Shown here piece after piece: positions 7,004 through 13,501 of a stretch of 13,501 nt of DNA. How positions within the stretch are numbered: position 1 is the first letter of the stretch; each line of letters starts with the position of its first letter. The stretch comes from a virus (lineage: Duplodnaviria; Heunggongvirae; Uroviricota; Caudoviricetes). The notes below the pieces were generated by a model. It worked only from the letters and a program-made list of their open reading frames with translations. It was not told where the DNA came from and did not search any database. Where the stretch lies: positions 1 to 13,501 of the IMG/VR virus record IMGVR_UViG_2734482784_000005; one strand, given 5' to 3'. The position numbers and the translations under genes were made by a program.

Positions 7004-7843
7004 TTAAAGGATCGCTACAACGTCTTTTGCGACTTCCCGCGTACTGCTTTTGCAGGAGATCGAACGGCGCGCGTTGATGAATTGCAGGTTAAAACCATGC
7101 TCCCGGTACAGGTCGAGAACCTTCGGTGCAGATGAGTTAGAAATCACTACCCGAGCCCCACGGTGAAAGGCTGATACGCATTGCTTCGCCAGGTCTACCT
7201 GGTTCTCCCAGTTAAAACCACCAGCGGCGTAGGCGGTGAATCCGGTTGTTCCCGGCATCGGTTCGTAAGGCGGATCGCAGTAAACCACATCCCCTTTCCC
7301 GGCCAGGCTGATTGTCCGGCGGTAATCAGCCGTCATGAATACGCAGTTATGCGCCATAGCCGCGAAGGCTTTCATCTCATCCATCGGGTAATACGGAGCC
7401 TTGTAGCCTCCCCAGCCCACATTGAACTTGTTCGCCTGGTTGTAGCGCATCAGACCATTGAAGCAATGCCGGTTGAGATACAGGAATGCAGCTGCGCGTT
7501 CAGTAGCATCCAGCGTCTGAGAGTTGAACTCGGAACGGATCAGCTCATAGCGCTCTGGTGACCGCATGTGCTCGAACATCCAGCGGGCCTTCAATTCCAC
7601 TTCATCCGGCACGACCGCTAACATCTGATACAGATTAATCAGGTCCGGGTTAACGTCCGCCAGCAGGTAATCTGCGTGCTTTTCGCTGTTCAGGAATACC
7701 GACCCACCACCAACGAATGGCTCTACACGAACTGCACCGGCCCTGCTCCACCAGGAACTGGCCGCGCTACAAGTTGCGACCTGCGGTATTGTGTTGATAA
7801 ACTGTTCATGCGTTAGTAATCTCCACTGATAACGGCACGCCAC
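7004..7843 (-). CDS. DNA adenine methyltransferase, Dam/D12 class
   Basis: EPFVGGGSVFLN (motif I, FxGxG) near the N-terminus and VVYCDPPY (motif IV, DPPY) near the C-terminus, in Dam order. There is no in-frame ATG upstream of motif I, so the start is either GTG at 7843 or the gene is damaged. Confidence 0.75.
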   Translation of the reverse strand: MACRYQWRLLTHEQFINTIPQVATCSAASSWWSRAGAVRVEPFVGGGSVFLNSEKHADYLLADVNPDLINLYQMLAVVPDEVELKARWMFEHMRSPERYELIRSEFNSQTLDATERAAAFLYLNRHCFNGLMRYNQANKFNVGWGGYKAPYYPMDEMKAFAAMAHNCVFMTADYRRTISLAGKGDVVYCDPPYEPMPGTTGFTAYAAGGFNWENQVDLAKQCVSAFHRGARVVISNSSAPKVLDLYREHGFNLQFINARRSISCKSSTREVAKDVVAIL

Positions 7844-7870
7844 GACGCCAGGAGCTGCAACTCGCTGGCG

Positions 7871-8323
7871 TCACTTCTTTTTGCGTGAAAAAAGCGTGAT
7901 GATTGCGGCAATCTCTTCTTCACGAGCTGCCAGGTGACGGCGGTGATGCACCATGATTTCTTCGGCCTCGTGCCTTTCAATAACGCCATCTTCAAGCGCC
8001 TGTTCGATAATCTGATCAACCTGCCCCCTGGCGGCAGAGGTACGCATTGCCCGGCTAAACAAGTCCACGCGGTCCAGTTCTTCCAGGTGCGGAACATCCA
8101 CCAGCAGAGCACCACGACGGCGGGCAAAATATTCAGCCAGGTGAGATGTATTCGAGATGTCCTCCATCGCTTCCAGTTCGCTGACTTCGAAGAAACGACA
8201 GCCGTTTTTCTCGTAAAGGTTGTTGTTAAACTGCGTCACCGTCATTCCCAGTGCGCCAGCCATTGCTTCGCGCCCACCTGGATATGCTTTGCACATAGAT
8301 TTCACGACTTCTTTGAGGTTCAT
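7871..8323 (-). CDS. CII-like/YdaT-like regulatory protein, 150 aa
   Basis: ATG at 8323 preceded by AAGGAG. Lies directly downstream of the Cro-like gene, the position YdaT occupies in Rac-type prophages. Family assignment is by architecture and loose similarity. Confidence 0.6.
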   Translation of the reverse strand: MNLKEVVKSMCKAYPGGREAMAGALGMTVTQFNNNLYEKNGCRFFEVSELEAMEDISNTSHLAEYFARRRGALLVDVPHLEELDRVDLFSRAMRTSAARGQVDQIIEQALEDGVIERHEAEEIMVHHRRHLAAREEEIAAIITLFSRKKK

Positions 8324-8351
8324 ACCTACTCCTTTCAAACTCGGGTGGTAG

Positions 8352-8615
8352 TTACAAATTTGATGCAGTGACATTAAGCTTTCGCATTGCTGCACCTCTT
8401 AAATAGGCCCAGTCAATGTCAGGACGAAGCTCTTCGCAGGTGACAGCACCACCAGTAGCTTTCTCAATCGCAGGACATCGTTCCGCAGGTATTTGCCTAA
8501 TGCCCGTTGTCCATTGATTCACTGTTGGTGATGAGATGCCTAGATTCCTTGACAAAGCGGCTTGTCCCCCAACAATGCGGCAGGCTTCACTGATTGCTTC
8601 AAGGCTACTTCTCAT
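8352..8615 (-). CDS. Cro/YdaS-like HTH regulator, 87 aa
   Basis: ATG at 8615 with AGGA upstream. The segment LSRNLGISSPTVNQWTTGIRQIPAERCPAIEKATGG is typical of YdaS/Cro-type HTH proteins. Divergent from the cI-like gene across an operator-containing intergenic region. Confidence 0.65.
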   Translation of the reverse strand: MRSSLEAISEACRIVGGQAALSRNLGISSPTVNQWTTGIRQIPAERCPAIEKATGGAVTCEELRPDIDWAYLRGAAMRKLNVTASNL

Positions 8616-8649
8616 AAACGGATTCCTATGATTTCCACACAAGCAGATA

Positions 8650-8724
8650 TTAGGCTAAGCCTAATAAACAATCAATAGGAATTGCCTAAGCTATAGGTTA
8701 TGAGGATTATTAGGCAATGCTTAG
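8650..8724. promoter_or_regulatory. OR-like operator region between divergent cI-like and cro-like genes
   Basis: Perfect palindrome TTAGGC-TAA-GCCTAA at 8650-8664, a related half-site GCCTAAGC near 8684-8691, and TTAGGC-AAT-GCTTAG at 8710-8724. Confidence 0.5.
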
Positions 8725-9193
8725 TGGTAAAGAATTGGGCCGAGCGATCGAGCAGGCCATAGACAAGAAGCTTTCAATAGGTTCTGCCAAGAGTAAGGCG
8801 GAAATCGCACGTCATTTCAAAATAAAACCCCCATCAATCCATGACTGGATCAATAAAGGCTCCATATCGAAAGAGAAGCTACCAGAGCTTTGGAACTACT
8901 TTTCTGATGTTGTGGGCCCCGAGCACTGGGGACTAAAGGGATACCCGCTAACTGATACATGTGAGCCCGCAACAGATCCCATAGTTAAAAATGGTTCTAT
9001 TGACGAGCTCTATAATAAGGCTTCGAGAGAAAAAAAGGCTATCATTGATTTTGTCCTCTTAGAGCAAGGACAGCGTATACCTGGCTGGGTAGATAGCGAT
9101 GCTAAAGCATATTTAGACTCATTAGAGATGAAGATAAGGAGATGGGCAGAGCAGGAGGAAGATGGAAAAAAACAAACGAAAGCCAGAGCTTAA
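8717..9193 (+). CDS. cI-like/RacR-like prophage repressor, 158 aa, HTH with no S24 peptidase domain
   Basis: N-terminal HTH (KAEIARHFKIKPPSIHDWINKGSI), RBS GAGGA 10 nt upstream, divergent to the cro-like gene. Size and gene order match the RacR-YdaS-YdaT arrangement. Confidence 0.65.
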   Translation: MLSGKELGRAIEQAIDKKLSIGSAKSKAEIARHFKIKPPSIHDWINKGSISKEKLPELWNYFSDVVGPEHWGLKGYPLTDTCEPATDPIVKNGSIDELYNKASREKKAIIDFVLLEQGQRIPGWVDSDAKAYLDSLEMKIRRWAEQEEDGKKQTKARA

Positions 9194-9363
9194 GCTTATA
9201 TGGTCTAACGGACAATATCTCTAAGCTCCATACATGTTAAAAGCTCTGAGATTGATTCGCTTGCATAACTCAATCCCTGTGGGGGATTGGCTTGTATGAA
9301 GCCTATCCGGGATTGTGACTTGCTTTGATTTAACAGCAGGTTTTCACTTTGCATGGAGGATGC

Positions 9364-10518
9364 ATGGAAAACTTCAAAGTACGTCTTAAAAATCACATTG
9401 AACATGTTAAAAATGTTAGAGAACACTGCACAACGGAAGAGACAACCAAGCAGGCTTTGATACTTCCTTTTTTGGACATCCTAGGCTTTAACGCATATGA
9501 TCCGCAAAAAGTCAAAGCTGAATATGGTGCGGACTTCCCTGGTGTGAAAGTGGGTGAGCGTGTAGATTATGCTCTATTCTGCCAAGGTGTTCCCGTTATG
9601 TTTATTGAGGCCAAAGGTTGTAAAGAAAAAATGGACAACCATTGTCCTCAATTATCTAGGTATTTTAATTCTACTCCTGAGGTGACAATATCAGCAATTA
9701 CTAATGGAATTGAATGGCGCTTTTTTACGGATCTCAATGAAAAAAATATAATGGATTCAACGCCATTTTTACGAATCATGATGGATGACATTAAAGATTC
9801 TGATGCTGAGCAATTATTTAGATTCCGCCATGACAAATTCAAACCAGAGGCCCTAAGAACCCTTGCAGAAGAGAGTGTTTATATTTCTGCATTTGTTAAA
9901 GTCGTGAGTACAAGCCTTCGGGAAGTAGATCATGAATTTGTTAGATATGTTGCAGGACGAGCAAATATTGGTCGTCAATTAAATCAAAGATTTATAGAAA
10001 CAATAACTCCATTGGTGAGGCAGGCCGTAGAGAGGTCAGTAAGTGAAATGGTTGTTTCTGGTCTTTCATCAAGAACATCTATTCCTGAATTAGAATCCCC
10101 TGCTGATGTAACTGAAAATAATGTAATTGATGAGCGCGCAGATATTGTCGATGCAGAGAACCCCAACATAGTAACAACCTATAATGAAAGAATTTTATTT
10201 GAAAAAATCTGTTCTATTATAGGCCCTGCATACGAACTTCAAGCCAAAGATACAGAGTCCTATTACTCTATTCTTTTCCAAGGAAAAACAAACCGCTGGC
10301 TGGTTCGCTATTATGACAAGAAGAATCGCTCAAACATACAGTTACCAATTGATATCAATGAAATAACCGGTAATGAAATTAAAAGAGCCGGACTTGAACA
10401 TGATAACAATCGTATTTTCATTGAACATCCCGAGGATGTATTAAGGATTTCAGGTTTAATCCTTGATTCTTTACAATATGTACAGAATGATGAGAATTTC
10501 AGAAAGCGTCGTCCATAA
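9364..10518 (+). CDS. standalone HsdR-N-type PD-(D/E)xK nuclease domain protein, 384 aa, with uncharacterised C-terminal domain
   Basis: ATG at 9364 preceded by GGAGGA. N-terminal ~130 aa follow the type I restriction HsdR N-terminal nuclease pattern: TKQALILPFLDILGF ... RVDYALF ... VMFIEAKG ... QLSRYF ... ITNGIEWRFF (D...EAK...Q..Y..TNG..W). AT-rich. Located between the cI-like gene and the pL/OL-like site. Confidence 0.7.
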   Translation: MENFKVRLKNHIEHVKNVREHCTTEETTKQALILPFLDILGFNAYDPQKVKAEYGADFPGVKVGERVDYALFCQGVPVMFIEAKGCKEKMDNHCPQLSRYFNSTPEVTISAITNGIEWRFFTDLNEKNIMDSTPFLRIMMDDIKDSDAEQLFRFRHDKFKPEALRTLAEESVYISAFVKVVSTSLREVDHEFVRYVAGRANIGRQLNQRFIETITPLVRQAVERSVSEMVVSGLSSRTSIPELESPADVTENNVIDERADIVDAENPNIVTTYNERILFEKICSIIGPAYELQAKDTESYYSILFQGKTNRWLVRYYDKKNRSNIQLPIDINEITGNEIKRAGLEHDNNRIFIEHPEDVLRISGLILDSLQYVQNDENFRKRRP

Positions 10519-10547
10519 TCATAAAAACACTAGCTTTATTTCACACA

Positions 10548-10575
10548 AATCCCGCTTATGCGGGATTTTTTTTGA
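10548..10575 (+). terminator. rho-independent terminator downstream of the nuclease gene
   Basis: Stem AAATCCCGC (10548-10555), loop TTAT, stem GCGGGATTT (10560-10568), followed by a T-run (10569-10573). Confidence 0.7.
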
Positions 10576-10588
10576 CCGCCGACCAACA

Positions 10589-10631
10589 TTAGGCTAAGCC
10601 TATTGACATGACATTAGGCATAACCTAACAT
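10589..10631 (+). promoter_or_regulatory. pL-like promoter with two OL-like operators
   Basis: TTAGGC-TAA-GCCTAT at 10589-10603 and TTAGGC-ATA-ACCTAA at 10614-10628, the same palindrome family as the cI/cro intergenic region. TTGACA (10604-10609), 16-bp spacer, TAACAT (10626-10631). Confidence 0.5.
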
Positions 10632-10927
10632 CAAGTGAGTCTGATGGACTATGTCATCTTGGCGGCACCAGTTTCCCCATTGTTTCTGGTTCGCCCTTTT
10701 ACAAAAGACATCAGAGCACCACCGAGTGACGTGCCCTAACACAATCCGCCCGAGCGGATTTGCGGCCGCAGGTGCTCTTCTGTGTTGTGTGGAGAACTAA
10801 CGTACCGCCATTGCAGTGGCGGTCCCCCATCAGCAAGAAATTTTAACCAGCTATTCACCCATTCTCATGGGTTGGGTTGCTGCACCCTAAATTTACGCGT
10901 TGCAGAGCGTCAGATGGAGAACAAAAG

Positions 10928-11227
10928 ATGGCTAAGACAGCAAAACAACTGATTAAACAGGCGTACGAAATAGCCAAAACTATGCCACCAGAACAGGCAG
11001 CAATCATCAAGGAACTGGCTACCGTCCTCGATGTTTCGAATGTAGCTCTGCGCCAGACGCGCACCGAACGTGACGCCCTTCTTGCAGAGGTCAAATCATG
11101 GGCGAAAGAGTGTGATCGCCTGACCGAGCGACACACCAAGAATCGCACAAATATGCATGTTCTAGAGGCTATGCGCGTTTTGAAGGCAATTTGCCCCACC
11201 AGCTTCCGTAACGTGGAGGCTCTCTGA
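10928..11227 (+). CDS. hypothetical protein, 99 aa
   Basis: ATG at 10928 with GGAGA upstream. Stop overlaps the start of the ParB-like gene (TGATG). No family recognised. Confidence 0.5.
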   Translation: MAKTAKQLIKQAYEIAKTMPPEQAAIIKELATVLDVSNVALRQTRTERDALLAEVKSWAKECDRLTERHTKNRTNMHVLEAMRVLKAICPTSFRNVEAL

Positions 11228-12012
11228 TGGCTAAAGACTCAAAGCTGGTATATGGCGCGAGTGGCAAAACGAACGTTTTAGCGTTTGAACCTGAAAAACT
11301 GCACCTGGTTACCGACAAAACGCACCCGCTTTACGATGAGCGTATCCACCTGCCTATCAGCGAGGCAATGGTGCTGAACATCATGGACCAGGGCGTTCTT
11401 GAGCCGATTATCGTCTGGAAAGACCCGGAAACAGGGCTGTCTTGTGTGGTTGATGGTCGCCAGCGTGTGCGCCATACACTGGAAGCCAATAAGCGTCTGT
11501 CAAAATTGGGCAAAGAACCGTTACTGGTTCCGGGAGTCCCTAAACGTGGCTCTGCCATTCGCATGGCGCAGGCGATGGTAAGTGCTAACGAAATCCGCCA
11601 GGCAGATACGCCGCTAGGCCGAGCAAAGAAAATGGCTGATGCGCTGGAGCGCGGGCACGATGAGGATGATTTAGCGCTGATGTTTGGCGTGAGTGTCCAG
11701 ACCGTACGCGCAACTCTGTCACTGCTGGATGCCACCCAAGCTGTTCGCGATGCAGTGGAGTCCGGAACGGTCACTGTTACCCAGGCGCGTCAGTTGGCAT
11801 CGCTTAAACCCGAAGAGCAACGGGAGAAGGTCAAGCAGATCGAGACAGCGACCGCCGGCACCACGGGCCATGAAAAAGCTCGGCGTCAGCGTCAGATCCT
11901 CGGTGATGCAAAGCCGCGCCTGAAAACCCGCAAAGAAATTACAAAAGCACTCGAAGATGCCAGTGGCGAATATGCCGAGGCTCTGCGCTGGGTGCTTGGG
12001 GAGGCGCAATGA
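11227..12012 (+). CDS. ParB-like nuclease domain protein (ParB/Srx fold with C-terminal HTH), 261 aa
   Basis: VVDGRQRVRH resembles the ParB N-terminal domain motif; LALMFGVSVQTVRATLSLL is HTH-like. Translationally coupled to the upstream ORF. Confidence 0.65.
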   Translation: MAKDSKLVYGASGKTNVLAFEPEKLHLVTDKTHPLYDERIHLPISEAMVLNIMDQGVLEPIIVWKDPETGLSCVVDGRQRVRHTLEANKRLSKLGKEPLLVPGVPKRGSAIRMAQAMVSANEIRQADTPLGRAKKMADALERGHDEDDLALMFGVSVQTVRATLSLLDATQAVRDAVESGTVTVTQARQLASLKPEEQREKVKQIETATAGTTGHEKARRQRQILGDAKPRLKTRKEITKALEDASGEYAEALRWVLGEAQ

Positions 12013-12143
12013 ATTTTGAACCTGAGAATTACAGCAAATACACCCTGCGTCGGCTCGCCGCCCTGTTAGATGTGATCTGCTGGGTGCTGATTGCCGTAGT
12101 AACCGTTGGTATCTGCATGTTTATTGAATGGTGGACAGCATGA
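12009..12143 (+). CDS. small hydrophobic protein, 44 aa (MNFEPENYSKYTLRRLAALLDVICWVLIAVVTVGICMFIEWWTA)
   Basis: Below the ORF-track size cut-off; translated by hand. ATG 12009 overlaps the ParB-like stop (ATGA), with GGGGAGG 5 nt upstream. One predicted transmembrane helix. Confidence 0.35.
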   Translation: MNFEPENYSKYTLRRLAALLDVICWVLIAVVTVGICMFIEWWTA

Positions 12144-12298
12144 GCAACGTAACCAAACCAACCAGCAAGGGGAAATTTGATGGGGCAGTTGATTACCTCT
12201 GCTCCGATGAGGCTCGTTTTCTGGTTATGCGGGGCGACTATAGCGAAGCAGATATTATCCAAGCGTCTGTATCCCAAGATGTGATTGATGCTGAATGA
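12140..12298 (+). CDS. small protein, 52 aa, in the excisionase position directly upstream of int (MSNVTKPTSKGKFDGAVDYLCSDEARFLVMRGDYSEADIIQASVSQDVIDAE)
   Basis: Translated by hand. ATG overlaps the preceding stop (ATGA), GGTGGA 5 nt upstream, and the 3-prime end overlaps the integrase start. No excisionase motif recognised; the assignment is positional only. Confidence 0.35.
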   Translation: MSNVTKPTSKGKFDGAVDYLCSDEARFLVMRGDYSEADIIQASVSQDVIDAE

Positions 12299-13262
12299 GT
12301 GGATGCCGAAGGGTGTGTTTTTCCGCCCTTCCGGTTACTACTGGAAGCCAGGAGGTACTACCGAGAATCTAGCCCCAGCAAACGCTTCTAAAGCGGAGGT
12401 TTGGTTAGCTTACGAGAAAGTCGTTGAAGGTCGAAAAAAACTACTCACCTTTCAACAATTGTGGAAAAAATTTTTAAATAGTGCTGACTATGCAGACCTT
12501 GCCCCCAGGACACAAAAAGATTACCTGGCACATGAAAAATACTTGTTAGCGGTTTTCGGCGATGCAGAAGCAAAGGCCATTAAACCAGAACACGTCCGAC
12601 GCTACATGGATGCACGTGGTAAAAGAAGCCGTGTTCAGGCTAATCACGAGCATAGTTCAATGTCTCGTGTATACCGCTGGGGTTATCAGCGTGGTTATGT
12701 ACCAGGTAATCCGTGTGTTGGTGTCGATAAGTTTCCTAAACCCCAGCGCGACCGCTACATAACTGATGAAGAGTACATAGCTATCTTCACTCATGCGACA
12801 CCTGCAGTTAAAGCCGCGATGGAAATTGCGTATCTTTGCGCTGCAAGGGTATCTGATGTTCTTAAAATGAACTGGAATCAGATTCTTGATAAAGGAATTT
12901 TCATACAGCAAGGTAAAACTGGTATTAAACAGATCAAAGCCTGGACTGAGCGTCTTAGTGCGGCTGTGGATATTTGCAGGGAATGGGGACAGGATGGCCC
13001 TGTTATCAGGACAATGTATGGTGAGCGTTATTCATACAAGGGATTTAATGAAGCATGGAGAAAAGCGAGAAACGCGGCTTCTGAAGAACTTGGTAGGCCA
13101 CTTGATTGCACCTTCCATGATCTAAAGGCTAAAGGGATCTCAGACTATGAAGGATCTGGCAGGGATAAGCAAAAATTCAGTGGTCATAAGACAGAATCAC
13201 AGGTACTTGTTTACGACAGGAAAGTTAAAATCAGCCCCACGTTGAACAAGAAAATGAGATGA
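12288..13262 (+). CDS. int: lambda-family tyrosine integrase
   Basis: 324 aa. N-terminal GVFFRPSGYYW resembles the lambda Int arm-binding region (NLYIRNNGYY). C-terminal HDLKAKG and HKTESQVLVYDR fit the His and Tyr catalytic motifs. Adjacent to the tRNA gene. Start could be ATG 12288 or ATG 12303. Confidence 0.85.
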   Translation: MLNEWMPKGVFFRPSGYYWKPGGTTENLAPANASKAEVWLAYEKVVEGRKKLLTFQQLWKKFLNSADYADLAPRTQKDYLAHEKYLLAVFGDAEAKAIKPEHVRRYMDARGKRSRVQANHEHSSMSRVYRWGYQRGYVPGNPCVGVDKFPKPQRDRYITDEEYIAIFTHATPAVKAAMEIAYLCAARVSDVLKMNWNQILDKGIFIQQGKTGIKQIKAWTERLSAAVDICREWGQDGPVIRTMYGERYSYKGFNEAWRKARNAASEELGRPLDCTFHDLKAKGISDYEGSGRDKQKFSGHKTESQVLVYDRKVKISPTLNKKMR

Positions 13263-13269
13263 TTCTTTG

Positions 13270-13301
13270 GCGTCGGAGCATGCTTCGGCGCTAGAATTTT
13301 T
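13270..13301 (+). terminator. putative terminator after int
   Basis: Hairpin GCGTCGGAGC-ATG-CTTCGGCGC (with G-U pairs) followed by TAGAATTTTT. Confidence 0.4.
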
Positions 13302-13374
13302 CTCAGTGGATTTTCTCAATTTTTCTCATCGGGATGCAGGTCACTGAAAGGGAATGCTGTAAGTGTTTGAATAG

Positions 13375-13464
13375 TGGCGGAGAGAGGGGGATTTGAACCC
13401 CCGGTAGAGTTGCCCCTACTCCGGTTTTCGAGACCGGTCCGTTCAGCCGCTCCGGCATCTCTCC
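13375..13464 (-). tRNA. serU: tRNA-Ser (anticodon CGA), 90 nt including CCA
   Basis: Minus strand reads GGAGAGATGCCGGAGCGGCTGAACGGACCGGTCTCGAAAACCGGAGTAGGGGCAACTCTACCGGGGGTTCAAATCCCCCTCTCTCCGCCA: 7-bp acceptor stem, CGA in the anticodon loop, long variable arm typical of tRNA-Ser, TTCAAAT T-loop. Confidence 0.9.
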
Positions 13465-13501
13465 GTTCAGATGGTTGCCATGATGCCAGGAAATTTGGCA
13501 T

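Larger units (their letters stand above)
1150..13400. mobile_element. defective lambdoid (Rac-like) prophage or integrative island at tRNA-Ser; left boundary not defined
   Basis: Integrase next to the tRNA 3-prime end, immunity module, Dam and RusA-like nin-region genes, tail-fibre-like gene and invertase remnant. No replication, Q, lysis or capsid genes. AT-rich cargo genes. No second copy of the tRNA 3-prime end was seen in the window. Confidence 0.55.

Noticed and set aside
7181-7561. Plus-strand 126-aa ORF inside the Dam-like gene
   Set aside because: Antisense to a gene with clear methyltransferase motifs; no RBS or family features.
7813-8395. Track ORFs 7813-8127 (minus), 7934-8371 (plus) and the long 174-aa version of the CII-like ORF
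   Set aside because: These overlap the YdaT-like gene in other frames or strands. The 174-aa version would overlap the Cro-like gene and lacks an RBS; the internal ATG at 8323 has AAGGAG upstream.
9205-9426. Minus-strand 73-aa ORF between the repressor and the nuclease gene
   Set aside because: Overlaps the nuclease gene's RBS and start on the opposite strand, with no RBS of its own.
10855-11199. Minus-strand 114-aa ORF and the extended 116-aa plus-strand ORF starting at 10877
   Set aside because: The minus ORF is antisense to the 99-aa gene. The 10877 start lacks an RBS, whereas the ATG at 10928 has GGAGA upstream.
11278-12277. Minus-strand ORFs of 65, 147, 96 and 82 aa overlapping the ParB-like gene and the small ORFs
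   Set aside because: Antisense to coupled plus-strand genes with RBSs; no independent support.
12562-13125. Short ORFs inside the integrase gene on both strands
   Set aside because: Embedded in the integrase reading frame region; the integrase has clear catalytic motifs.
13316-13501. Minus-strand 61-aa ORF at the right edge
   Set aside because: It runs through the tRNA-Ser gene, so it is an artefact of six-frame translation.
1-13501. CRISPR arrays, insertion sequences, rRNA genes
   Set aside because: No regularly spaced short repeats, no transposase-like ORFs with terminal inverted repeats, and no rRNA-like sequence were seen by eye.

Overview
This 13.5-kb window looks like the integrase-proximal part of a decayed lambdoid (Rac-like) prophage or genomic island in an enterobacterial chromosome, anchored next to a tRNA-Ser(CGA) gene at the right edge. 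All calls are by eye from the sequence and the ORF track; no database search was possible. From right to left: tRNA-Ser and a lambda-family tyrosine integrase; a rightward early operon with a ParB-like protein and small ORFs; an immunity region with a short cI/RacR-like repressor, divergent Cro/YdaS-like and CII/YdaT-like genes, and a repeated operator palindrome TTAGGC-N3-GCCTAA at both an OR-like and a pL-like site; a Dam-type methyltransferase; and a RusA-like gene with a glycine-rich C-terminal extension. Replication, Q, lysis and head/tail genes are absent, so the element is probably defective. Cargo includes an AT-rich standalone HsdR-N-type PD-(D/E)xK nuclease gene in the position lambda uses for rexAB (the best candidate for an undescribed defence function), an AT-rich HTH plus acyltransferase-3 (O-antigen acetyltransferase-like) operon, and a divergent tail-fibre-like protein with an SGNH/SASA esterase motif. 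The left end holds two recombinase remnants around a duplicated invertase 3-prime end, and a LexA-box-controlled operon encoding a small ORF and a divergent UmuD-like protein.
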